Part shown: piece after piece, positions 51,370 to 63,390 of the stretch | Numbering within the stretch: the stretch's first letter is position 1 | How the letters are laid out: each line of letters starts with the position of its first letter | Assembly (NCBI RefSeq): GCF_001194135.2 | Contig: NC_068996.1 | Location: 18,114,672-18,178,671 of the forward strand | Origin: Octopus bimaculoides | Taxonomy: Eukaryota | Reading direction: 5' to 3' | Length of the DNA stretch: 64,000 nucleotides | Notes under the pieces: model-generated | Told to the model about the DNA's origin: nothing | What the model saw: the letters and a program-made list of their open reading frames with translations, nothing else | Database searches by the model: none | Position numbers and translations under genes: made by a program

Positions 51370-52165
51370 AGATCACAAAGAGTACCAGCAGCAACCATCA
51401 CAGAGCTGGACTTTGCATATGATATAACACTCATATTTAATGAAATAAATCAAGCACAACAGCTGTTCAGCAGAGTAGAAACATCAGCTGCCAAAATTTG
51501 ACCTATACACAAATGTCAAGAAAACTGAAAATGTCAAATGAATCTGAACTGTTTGCTTTGAACGGTTTCAAACTGAATGTTGCTGAAGACTTCAGGTACT
51601 TAGGTGGTTGGGTGAGCAGTTCAGAAGTAAACATCAAGATCAAGAAGGTAAAAGCTTGGACAGCCTGTCACAAACTAAAGAAAATCTGGAACTCCATATT
51701 GCCCAGGCAAATCAAAATGAAGCTATTCACTGAAACTGATGAATCAGTGCTTTTATATGGTAATGAAACATGGACTCTGACAAAGAAATTATCAAACAGG
51801 CTTACTGGATGCTACACAATGATGCTATAAATGATCCTGAATGTGAAATGGCAGCATCATATGACAAATGGATGTCTTTATAGAGACCTGATGAAAGTTA
51901 GTGAGAAAATTAGGTAAAGATGGCTGTGTCTATCTGATCACTGCATGTGCCACCCTGATCTGGAAGCATCCCAATTCGTCTTGTGGAACCCACTTCATGG
52001 TGATATAAGAAGAGGAAAATGTTGTCACACTTACACCGACAACTTGATTCCAGACACTAGCTTGAAATGTATCCAGGACATTGAGGCAGTGATGATGGAC
52101 TGAGAAGTGTGGCAGGTAGACTTCGTTGCTATGGCCCAGGTTGCAAACTGGCCATAATAATGATG
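51370..52165 (+). mobile_element. degenerate RTE-type LINE, RT C-terminal half
   Basis: LDFAYDI, FRYLG, ESVLLYGNETWTL, GCYTMML motifs; TAA/TGA repeat tail. Confidence 0.88.
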
Positions 52166-52289
52166 ATAATTAAATTGAAGTTTGTTGTATTTTAGTCTAT
52201 TGTGTTAAGGTGTAGTTTAACTTCATTCAAGCTTCATCTCAGATATATCTTATTATTATCATCATCTTGACTCAGGATTGGGCTTATTC

Positions 52290-53340
52290 CTGGTAGAGTT
52301 TATGTGGGTAGCAGATAACCTTAGATGATATCCACAAGATTTCAATATGTCATCAAGTGCTCACAACCCTTCTGATGAACTTTTCTGTTCCTAAAAGGTT
52401 AACTTTCTGTAGAAACTCTGCAAGACATTCCATTCCAGTCTCCTTTATTCATTTGTCTATGTCATCCCTCACCGTCACCAATTACCACAGGTACAACCTT
52501 TACAGATTTCATCTTCCAAATCCTCACAATCTCAAAGTATAAGGGGTTGTATTTTTCCAACTTTTCAACTGCTTTCTTCAAAATCCTTGTATCAAATGGA
52601 CATGATGGATCAGTCAGTAAACAAATTCAATTTTTCTTGTTTATAACTGCTATGTCTGACTTGTTTTGTTCAATCTTATCCATTTGAATGGGAAAATCCT
52701 ACAAAATCTTGCTTGTTTCTGACTCCTGTATGCTTTCTATCTGATGATTATATCATGTAATTACTACTTCAAGCACCCATTTCTGACCATGTTTCCAGTG
52801 TAAAAACTTACATATTTTGATCATATCTCCATTTCTTATATTCTCCTTGGGCCAACTTGAGCATTCTGACACATGCATTTCACTGACACATTCTCCTATG
52901 CACATATTTTCACAAGCTGTGTGTTTGCAGTGCCTGATATTGAGCTGCTATTATAAAGCTCTCTGTTTCAGCCTAGTTCAGGTTTTTATTCCACATATAT
53001 CCTCAATGGCTTTTCGAAAACTGACCATACAAAGGTTTCTCATCAATTTTGAATTCCATTCTTGTCCGTTTCTCCTTTTCCTGCTTTCATCCCCTGTTCT
53101 TTATTCACTGCCCTTAGTAACTTTTCTGTGCTGTTATGCAAATAATCATGTAGTCTGCTTTGTTCCTTCTTCACATACACTTCCATAGCAATTAAGCCTC
53201 TTCCACTCTGGTCACTCTTCAAGTACAACTGATTAATATCAGCTTTCAGATGGTGGGCTCCATACATAGTCAACGACTTTCTGGTTTTTCTGTTAAGTTT
53301 CTGCATTTTGCCTTTTGTCCAGTTTATAATTTCCAGCTCT
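52290..53340 (-). mobile_element. R4/Dong-like LINE with restriction-like endonuclease (C-terminal fragment)
   Basis: HHLKADINQLYLKSDQSGRGL; decayed CCHC knuckle and RLE region read by hand; flanked by (TAA)n. Confidence 0.75.
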
Positions 53341-53399
53341 GTATCTGAAAACTAGCATTGCTCTTGAATTAATTGCTAATAATAATAATAATAATAATG

Positions 53400-53580
53400 G
53401 TTTCAAATTTTGGCACAGGGCCAGCAAGTTCAGGGGAGAGGGTGAGTCAGTTACATCAACCCCAGTGTTCAACTGGTACTTATTTTATCAACCTTGAAAG
53501 GCAAAATTGACCACAGCAAAATTTGAACTCTGAATGTACAGATGGATGAAATGCTGCCAAGCATTTTACCCAACATGGCA
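53400..53580 (-). mobile_element. copy of the 55598 SINE family
   Basis: ccccagtgttcaactggtacttattttatc...aatttgaactc; (TAA)n on both sides. Confidence 0.8.
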
Positions 53581-55098
53581 ATAATAATAACAATTATTTA
53601 TGAAGATTGACATGACTCTTCAGGAGGTAGATACACAATGAGAAGAGAGCAATATGATTTGTATTAAATAGAGATTGACTCTATTTTAATTGAATTAAAC
53701 AATATTTTGACAGTATGCCTGTCTTTCTTAGTTTCAAAATGGAAAATTGAAAATATGAAAATTCAAAATTTGGACTGGATAATCCTGCATTCCTTTTTAG
53801 ACAAAATGACATCATCAATTTTTGCTTTTGCTAACAAAGAAAAAACAGGAAAGTCAACACTTAGTCAAAATGTTTCATGTAAATGTGATATAATTCACCT
53901 GTTACTCTGTTCATGTAGCTTTAGTAATTCACAAATATATTTATCCTCAGTCTTTTTAGGACTGAAAGTGTAGTTGTCAGAATATTTTCTGAGAAAGTGT
54001 GAGGTGTCAGATCACTCAATGGTTTTTCATTTTACTTTTTTATTTTTTACTATCCTCAGAACTAAGCTCCTCTACTATAAAGCTGTTATAATTTGGCAAA
54101 TATAAAGCTGTTTGTTTTCAGCTTAAATATTTTGTTTTCAGATGTGTATCCAAAAGTATATAACAATAACAAATGGTTTCTACAGATTTCACTGTAGCTC
54201 CCTTTTCTCGTTCTATTTCTTCACATCTTAATACTTCACAGTTTTCCTGTGTGAAATTTCTCACTTTCTAGCAGTAAGACATCGGTGCTATGTTCCCAAT
54301 AATAACCAGAATTCAGGCATTTGAAAACAACTTGTAAACAAACTCAATATTTCCACTTCGTTTTACTTACTTTGTCCTTTTCCTTCTAGTAAAAATAATT
54401 GTCTAATGGTTATCTCCCTTGTTACAATTATCTCCCCTTCCATTAACATCTTGCATTTGCTTTCTTTAAATTTCGTCCTATTATTTTTTTCTTTGCTTCT
54501 CTTTTGTGTCAAAACATCACTCCTTCAGAATAATTATGAGTAATTATAATGTATTTGATAGTAATACATCCGAGAGCTATCAATGTTTTACATCAAAATC
54601 AAAATATTTTGAATGCTTTATACTGAAACATTTTTCACTGATGACGCAATCAAAAATTTTATCTACATTTTAATTAGAGCAATAAACTTCTCATTTTAGC
54701 TGAGAGTATACCCTCACATTTGCTTTTAAGTGTGTGTACTTTATATATATTACATGAGCGTCTGTCAGTGTGCTGTAATTAGTGTGTAGGATGTACTTTA
54801 AGTGAGTATGTATAAAGATTAAATTTTATCAATTGATTGATTATCTGAATATAAAGTAATTAATAAAGAGAAAATGTAACCTTGAATAATGGCAATACCA
54901 ATTTCGAAAATTATTTCTTTAATTTGAGCTTACACAGACTGTCCCTTGCCATTCCACATAAATCTGATGCTCCAATCCCCCCTCTCTCTCTGTCTCAATC
55001 AGAAACAAATTTTTTAAATGTGCTGAATTTTATTCTTTCATTCTTTAAGTTGTTTTAGTTTTCACTTATTGGACTGTAGTCATGCTGGGTCATTTACC

Positions 55099-55326
55099 TT
55101 AACCCTTACGTTACCAACCTGGCTGAAACCGGCTCTGGTTCTGAGTACAAATGTCTTGCTTTCATAAGTTTTGAATTGAAATCTTCCACCAAACCTTAGT
55201 CACTATTTATGTTCGTAACACTAGCTGAATGATAGCGAAGTTATTTTACTAAATTCTTTGTTATATTTAAAGTAATTGAAAGAAACACTGAGCATCTCAA
55301 CAGAAATATGATGATAAAAGGGTTAA
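55099..55326. mobile_element. TTAA-flanked MITE family B (partial copy at about 8762-8880)
   Basis: TTAACCCTTACG...AAAAGGGTTAA; 228 bp; interior differs from family A. Confidence 0.75.
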
Positions 55327-55597
55327 AGGATTTAGTCAATAAATTAACTGCAGTGCTTATTTATTCTTGTGGTCTCTTTTTTCATGAAATCACTAGGTTA
55401 GTGTTAAATGATGAGATACAAACATGCAAATGCACACACAAACACTCAAGCTTCCATACAGTTTTCATCTGAAAAACTTACTCATGAGGCATTGCTTGAC
55501 CTTGGGTTAATGTACACAGTGGGACTGAACCCCAAACCATATTGTTACTGAGTAAACTTCCTAATGACAGTGCCATGCCTGAATAATTATTATTATT

Positions 55598-55815
55598 AAG
55601 GTGGCGAGCTGTCAGAATCATTAGCATTCTTGGCAAAATGCTTAGCAGTATTTCGCTTTTCTTTATGTTCTGAGTTCAAATTCCATCGAGGTTGACTTTG
55701 CCTTTCATCCTTTTGGGGTCAATGCATTAAGCATCAGTGAAACACTGGGGTTGATGTAATCGACTAGTCCCCTCCCCCAAAATTTCAAGGTCTTGTGCCT
55801 TCAGTAGAAAGGATT
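55598..55815 (+). mobile_element. second SINE family (tRNA-like head; central domain resembling Meta/MESC by recall), full length
   Basis: gagttcaaattcc B-box; gaggttgactttgcctttcatcc core; (ATT)n flanks; many copies in the window. Confidence 0.8.
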
Positions 55816-55929
55816 ATCATTGTTATTCGTGAGATTTGTATTGTTTGCTTTCATTGCATAACCAAGCACAGCTTTGTGTCTTGAGTATGTGCAGTAGTCT
55901 GTTTTTTTTTGTTGTTTTTTTTTGTTATT

Positions 55930-56330
55930 GTAATTGTTTTGAAAGTGTGCTGTGTTCCTAACAGTGCTATTTTCTGTGTGGTATTTCATTTGTTCTGAGG
56001 TTGTGGTTATGTATTTGTCTGCATGCTTGTTTATCATTCCCAAATCACCTGTTATTATAGGGATTGTTTCTGTTTTCAGGCCCCCATATTCGGGTTACCT
56101 CTATTTCCAAGTCTTTATATTTAGATACTTTCTCCATCTACTTTAACAATACATCAGTATTGGGACTGATATATGAGACATTCCTTTTTCTGATCATCCT
56201 TGAAAACAATATCCGGTTGCTTAGCCCTGATCTGAGACTGTTGCCTTGCTTTTTCAGTAGGCATTTTCTAGTGTATGTTGTACCATCTCTTTTCTGATAT
56301 TTCATAATGCTGGCATAACTACTTGTGTAT
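55930..56330 (-). mobile_element. R4/Dong-like RLE LINE 3' fragment
   Basis: Hand translation across frameshifts: AKQPDIVFKD...SKYKDLEIEVTRIWG...QKIALLGTAH. Confidence 0.72.
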
Positions 56331-56949
56331 ATTATTATTATTATCATTATTATTAAAGTAATGTTGCAACACAATTGTTAGCATGTCAGATAAAAAATAC
56401 TTGGTGGCATATCTTCTGTTTTTATGTTCTGAGTTCAAATTCTGCCAAGGTCAACTTTGCTCTTAATCCTTACAAGGTTGATGAAATAAGTACCAGTTGA
56501 GCACTGGGGTTGATGTAATTACATAGCTCTCTTTCCCCAAAAAATTTCAGGCAAGAAACCATTCGAGCATTGTCGATGCCAGTACTGTCTGACTGACCTT
56601 CGTGCCAGTGGCAAGTAAAAAGCACCCACCACACTCTTGGAGTGGTTGGTGTTAAGGAAGGGCATCCAGCTGTAGAAACTTTGCCAGATTGGATTGGAGC
56701 CTGGTGTAGCCATCTGGCTTGACAACTCTCAGTCAAACCGTCCAGCCCATGCTAGCATGGAAAGCGGACGTTAATCGACGATGATGATGATGATAACTGA
56801 AAACAAAAACTCACTCGCTTACTCACCTTCTCTTGTTTCAGGCCATAGGTCATAACCTGGCTAAGAATTGTATAAAAGACACAAGAAAGAAGGAATAATA
56901 ATAATAATAATGATGATGATGATGATGATGATGAATACAAAATGTAGCT

Positions 56950-57415
56950 AAGTTTGTCCACTGGAGATAGTGTGAGAAGTATGGTCTTGAAAGAACACAA
57001 ATAATATGGGTATAAGCCAGAAGACATCACTGAGAATAATGAGTCTAAACTCATATGGGGTTTTATAACCCACTGTGACTCAGTGGTTGATGCTTGGAGA
57101 CCAGACATAGTTGTAGTGGATAAAGGGAAGAAAGAAACCAAGATCATAGATATTGCCATACCTAGGGATGCTCAAGTGGGTGACAAAGAGCCCAAAAAGA
57201 TTGAAAAGAACAAGCTACCAAAAGACAAAATTGCACAAATGTGAGCAATGAAGAAAGTAACTGTTGTCCCAGTAGGGTCACTGGGAACAATAACAACCAA
57301 GTTTGAATTATATGTCAGAAAAACTGGAATTGACAGAAGGGTAGACATGCTTAGAAAACTTCTTTATTGGGGATGGTGAGGATTTTTGAGATTGGTACTT
57401 GGGTATTAAGTATCA
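56950..57415 (+). mobile_element. R4/Dong-like RLE LINE 3' fragment
   Basis: KFVHW...RPDIVVVDK...IIDIAIPRD...KIEK...VVPVGSLG (PD-D/ExK nuclease). Confidence 0.78.
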
Positions 57416-57544
57416 TGGAAAGATACCCTATGAGACCTTTGACAACGGGTTGTTGTCTGCTTTACCAAAATTAACTGGAGCAAGTGAAACCAAAAGTTCT
57501 GAGAGGTGAAATGGAAATAATAATAATGATGATGATAATAATAA

Positions 57545-57930
57545 AAGCCCGAATGCAGTACCAGGCAGTGGCTCTATCATGTACATTGTTTTGTCTTTGG
57601 TATAAAAGATGGGCTACAGCAAATATTTTGCTCAATACCACAGATTTGCTTAACACTTGTCTGACCTTAACCAGTTGAGCATGTCCCTTGGTGGCTGACG
57701 ATATGTGCATCTCTGATCATGAGCAGAAGTAGTGGGGGAGCATCATAGCCATGTGTTGAGAGGAATTCTTTGGGGTTTGAATAATTCACCTTTGGAAACA
57801 TGGGTGTTTTGCTCAACATCTTTAAACAACCCTTATTCAGGGACCTTTTGAGCGGGATGGGCTACTGGACCTGAAGAAAATTCTAACTGGGCCCCACCTG
57901 CGAGGTCATGCACTGTTTATTTCGATTAAT
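57545..57930. repeat. unclassified interspersed repeat
   Basis: GC-richer block resembling a common octopus repeat by recall; no second copy in the window. Confidence 0.4.
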
Positions 57931-57947
57931 ATAACTGCTCCTGATTT

Positions 57948-58585
57948 AGGCACAAGACCAGCAATTTTCAGGCAGGGTCTTAATCAATACTGTCAACCTC
58001 AGTACTTGACTTATATTCTATTTTATTGACCCCTGAAAAGATGGAAGGTTGGAGTTGATCTCATCACATAAAAAGCTGCAAGGCACTTTAGTGATTCTGC
58101 AAATCTGCTTCCGATAAAAATAATAATAATAGCATTACTTTTTTTCTATAGGCACAAGGCCTGAAATTTTGTGAGAGGGAGCTAGTTGGTTACATTGACC
58201 CAGGTAGTCAGCAGGTACCTACTTTATCAACCCTGAAAGGATGAAAGGCAAAGTTGACCTCAGTGGAATTTGAACTCGGAACACAAAGACAGATCAAATG
58301 TTGCTAAGCATTTTGCCCAGTGTGCTAACAATTCTGTCAGCTTGCCACCTTGATGATGATAATGATTTCAAGTTTTAGCACAAGGCTAACAATTTTTTTT
58401 TGGGGGGGGGGGGCGGATAAGTTGATTATATCGACTCTAGTGTTTAACTGGTAGTTATTTCATTGAGCCTGAAAAGATGAAAAGTAAAGTTGACCACAGC
58501 AGAATTCAAACTCAGAACATAAAGACTGGTGGAATGCTGCTAAGTGTTTTGCCCAGCATGTTAAGTTCTGTCAGCTCACTGTCTT
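57948..58585 (-). mobile_element. three stacked copies of the 55598 SINE family (about 57948-58110, 58150-58351, 58365-58585)
   Basis: Repeated gcacaagg...gaaaggatgaaaggcaaagttgacc...gaactc units separated by AAT/GAT repeats. Confidence 0.8.
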
Positions 58586-60163
58586 CACAATAACAACAAC
58601 AACAACAACATTAATAATAATCTTACAAATATTTGATGAGTGAAACTATTTGAAGTAGGGCTATTTTTATTGGTCTAATTTCTTTTTGCTTTGGCGTTCA
58701 TGGAAAATATCAAATAGAGAGGTCTGTTTACCACATTTGTATAATAATATCAAGAAATTGTGAGTTCCAAGGGAACTTCAAGATCTAAACATTAAGATTG
58801 TTTTTGTTTACCATCATAGTTGAATAATTTTAAAGCAATATGTATGAAGAATGAATTTTATCTAAGACATCTCAATGCTTCTAAAAGCAAACTTTGTTTG
58901 CTTGTTTACGTTTGTCGTAATCTGAATATATATATATCCATATATATCTTACATCATGATTGCAATATGTGTGTGTGAGAGAATGCATGTTCACAAAAAT
59001 ACTTAATATATATTTTATCAAGGTGTAATATATCCATAAAGGAAATGTGCTCATGACTTGTTCACTGGCTCAAATTTTACTTCAACTACCTTTGTGTCAT
59101 ATCTCAGGGCAAAATCTATAACCATTTAATAATTATAACTGAAGGAGAGAGAGAGAGAGACCTGTGTGTGTTTTCTTTCCAAATCTTCATGTATTTGGGG
59201 ATCAAGATAGCAGAATATGGTTGTGGTTGTTATATAGTTTTGGTGTTATTCGTGGCTAGAAGGTAAAGGTGGAACATGAACTGGGAGATGATAGTTCCAG
59301 ATAAGTAGTTTGGAATAATATTTATGTTCTAAGGGATGAGACATGAAAGGACTAACTTTGATGTTGAGTTATGTTACTGGATGACCATGAAACTATAAAG
59401 ACAATTGGTGAAATAATTAAAATAAACTCTTTACAACAATGCTAGGAACTAAAACTGTGTGCATATGCACACACACACACACATATATATATATATTGTA
59501 GTTGTTAAAAAAAGATGTTCACCTAGTATTGGAATAAGGTTACTCTTAATAAGGATGAGGGTATTTATAATAAAAGTAATGAGGAGGGTTAAAAATTATA
59601 ATTTTATTTCATGTATTTATGTGCTTTATTTTGAGTTATGAAAATTAATTTTGATTTGATTTTTTTTTTTTAAATCTTGAAGTCTTTTATTTGCATGCTA
59701 ATTGTACAATGTTTATTATATTGTTGTCATGGCAATATGATTTATTTGTTTATTTAATGTCTTTATTGAAAGCTTTTTGTTATTTTGGTATTTTTGTATG
59801 CATATTTGTGTACCAAATGTTTATAAAACCTTGGAACAGTTTTCATTCTTTAGAACAAATATAATTAAATTATTTTGGTTAAAAAAAAACAAGATGAAAT
59901 TTGGTGTTCTTAGTGGAATGTTATGTACATTAATTATTCAGAGTAATTTTTGATAAAATATTGATTGCTGTAATTGCATAAACAGTAGTCAGCATGCATT
60001 TTTACTTTAATTGAAATTGAGATAGTACTAAAAAAATACATTTAAAAGCTTGATTACCAGAATTGCTATAGCTGTGTGTTAGCTGTTCCATGACTTTATA
60101 TAACTGTGTACACGTTTCAATATACCCATGCTGTGTCATTTTCTGTCATTACCGTCCGTACAG

Positions 60164-60370
60164 CAGACAGGACTGTTACAGAAGGCTGATGTTGCACCTT
60201 TAGCAGGAGTGAGGCCAACTTCAAAGGCTGTGTCTATCTCATGTCCCAAAGGAAATGGTAGAAGCATTTTCATCAACACCACTGGCGGCACGGCATCCAC
60301 AAATACTTTTGCTGCTTTCAACAAGCATATATCACAGAGTCTCTCAAACAATCCCCAAGCCACTAGAGTT
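60164..60370 (+). CDS. dom: probable domino exon, EP400-like isoform (QTGLLQKADVAPLAGVRP...PQATRV); NAGNAG acceptor 60164/60167. Gene continues beyond the window.
   Basis: Pyrimidine tract plus cag, gtgagt donor; GC-richer open frame, phase 0-0; little recognisable homology. Confidence 0.72.
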
Positions 60371-60689
60371 GTGAGTTTCTTACTTTTGACACCATCAGCT
60401 GGTATACCTTTATGATGTTTTTTGACATCATCAACATTTGTCGGTTAAAAACAACAAGCAATAAACTTTTTATTGGTTTAATCTTTAGTATAACAGAAGA
60501 AAGTTAAGTTTACAAAAAAAAAAACACAAAGAGAAAAATGATAAATAAAATCAGAAAAGTAATTTAAATAGTGTCTAGACAGTTATACTTTAGATATAGA
60601 ATGTGAGATCTCTTTAAAAAACAATTGGATTAAATTCTTAGATTACTTACAAATTGATGATGATGGTGGTAATATGAATTACTGTAAGG

Positions 60690-60917
60690 GTAACCCTTTA
60701 TCATTCAGATTACTCTGTCAAAAGTAATGCTTATATATTCACATTGTTTTAAGTTAATAATGTATTATCTCATAGCTTTGAGAGTTCAAAGATGCGATTG
60801 TTTATTTTTAGAATGACATTGTAGGGTAGGTGTAAGAGGCTGAATTTGGCCAGTTTGAACATAAACCAGGTGGACTATTTAGGCTTGATATGGATGGTTT
60901 AAATGTTAAAGGGTTAA
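60690..60917. mobile_element. piggyBac-like MITE family A copy
   Basis: taaccctttatcattcagattactc...aatgttaaagggttaa. Confidence 0.85.
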
Positions 60918-62653
60918 GTTCTAGATGTAAATATATATATATATATATATATATATAATAATTACTTTGTTATCTGCAACAAAATGAGTATTAGATTAAA
61001 ATTACAATCAGTATATTACATCTAACGTAAATGCACCATTGAAAGCCAAATTAATTGTGATATTCATTCAGAGATATTTCTTATGGACATATTAGTAGAC
61101 AAGAGTTGTCCAGCAGCGGGAAGACTTTTGTCTTGTACTGAAGTTTTGTATTTTCCAACAAATTATCTCCAGTTGAAATACCCCAGTAAATTTGACTATC
61201 CGTAATGTATTTATATGGTACAGAGGTTGCTATACATGCACGTGTGCACATATACACATTACTATAATGATGATTTTCAAAACAGTTGTTTGGTAGAAAT
61301 GAAATTAGAAGAAACAGTAGTAACTTTACTAAAATGCCTTTATGGTATTTAGTTTCATTCCATCTGCATTTTGAATTCAAATTCCACCAAGGCCAACTTT
61401 GTCTTTCATCCCTCCAAGGTTGATAAAACTGTACCAGTCATACACTCTGTTTGATTCAATCAGTTATGTCCTGCCTCTTTCCTACAATGTATGAGTTGGT
61501 TATACTTTATTAGAAATTATTATTATATTTTAATCAACTAATTTAGAAAATTAGTGTCTTGTTGAAATGATTGGACCCATTCACAGACAATGTTCTCATG
61601 TTGGGAAAACAAGGGGAAAATGATTTTTTTTTTCTGTAAGGCCAAGAAGAAACTGATACTTCGAATGTGGCTATAATGAATCTAAAGATCTTATTTCATA
61701 CAGCACTGCTGCTGCTGCTGCTGCTACTACTACTAATAATGATAATGACTACACAATTGCTTGGTGCTTTAATGTTGATGCTTTGTGCAATATTTTAAGA
61801 ATTGTAATTATTAGTACTCATAATTATTATATATACCACAAAATTGAGTTCAGAATATTGGGAGATGAATAAAAGTAAAATAATGTATATTTTTAGATTT
61901 GTGTATTTTTCTAAGGAAGTCCAAAGAATGCAGAATTTTATTTAGTCTGTATTTGATTTAAAGTTGAATAGAATTAGTATTAATAAACAAAAACTAAAGT
62001 GGAGAAGTGTTGGTAGGGATCATAAAATTTGAGTAAATGAGTTTTATTGTTTCAAGTATTTGGTTTTATCCAAGTTGAAAATCCCATTGGGATTGTTCTT
62101 GCTTTTCATTCATGAAAAACCTATAAAATAGTGGGTGCAATATTTTGCGGTCTCAATTCAATTGACTAGAGTCATCCCAAGACACCTTTTTTTTTTTAAA
62201 CTTTATAAGAAACTGAATTAGGATTTTAGACATGGCAAACAGGAAATGAACTCACATTATTTTTAAACATTGATAAAAAACAAAAGAGGTAAACATACCC
62301 ATAATCATACAAACTTTAGTTTACTCTTCACCAAAAAGAAATAACACATGCAATTGTTAGCTTATTTCTTAGACAGACATGTTACAAATAGTTCAGTTTT
62401 CATGAGAAGTATGCTACAAAATTTCAAGCAAAATTCAATAAGTAATGGTAGAAAGTTATAGGATTGGAGTTAAGAGTAACCAGTCTTGTTATGCCTCTGT
62501 ACAGGCTTTATTTGTTCACTGGATCAAATACAATCAATTATGATTTACGACCTAGCTCACAATTTGTTTGCTAATATTTCCTGCTTCTTGTGGGTAATAA
62601 ATTTTGAAGCACAGAAAAAGAGTGAGTGACTCTGTGTGTGTGTATGTATGTAT

Positions 62654-62655
<2 letters not shown>

Positions 62656-62715
<60 letters not shown>
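62656..62715. repeat. (CA)n microsatellite. Another at 50268-50313.
   Basis: Direct reading. Confidence 0.97.
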
Positions 62716-62720
<5 letters not shown>

Positions 62721-63390
62721 GTCCTTTAGAAATAGAAACATTAAGTTTTCCATGAATTTTCCATGTCTTGTACTTGTGTAGTAAGTACCATGCATGAATT
62801 TGTTGATATTATTTTCATTTCCTTGGAATCAACATATTTTTGCCTTGTTGTTGGCCATGGGGCATTTACTTGTATGTTTTTTTTTTCTTTTTAAGTATTT
62901 TTTTTCTTCTTTACTTGTGAAATTGTCATTTACCATTATTAAAGAAATCATATTTATTATCACTACTATTACTACTACTACTACTATTCTATTTTTATTT
63001 GCCAAAACTCTTCTATTCATCCATTTGGAGCCTCTCTTTCTCTCTCTAATATTCACACTTCTTATGCTTACTGCTTGAGAAGTTTTAACCTTACTTAATA
63101 CTCTTTAATTCAGTTTTTCTCTAAATTTTTTTTCTTTTAGTTTTAAAAAATGTTTTTTCTATCGTGATATATTTAAAATTGAATTTAACTACACACCAAA
63201 CTAAAATCTTAAACATGATTTTAACAATAACAAATTTTTTATTCGATAAAATTATTTTCAAATAATTACTAAATTTTTAGATAAAGGTTTATTACTTAAA
63301 ATTTTAGATTATTACCTCCATTTTTATTTTTTAAATTTTGGAATTATACATATATATATGTATGTGTGTGTTTGTGTGTGTATGTGTGTG

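Noticed and set aside
54638-54652. TGACGCAA bZIP-type site
   Set aside because: Single short motif with no supporting context.
61704-61810. cag followed by (GCT)n(ACT)n as a poly-Ala/Thr exon
   Set aside because: Wrong phase relative to exon 60370; grades into AAT repeats, so a microsatellite.
63075-63335. Very AT-rich block resembling a mitochondrial insertion
   Set aside because: No open mitochondrial frame or recognisable rRNA motif; more likely a DNA-transposon fragment.
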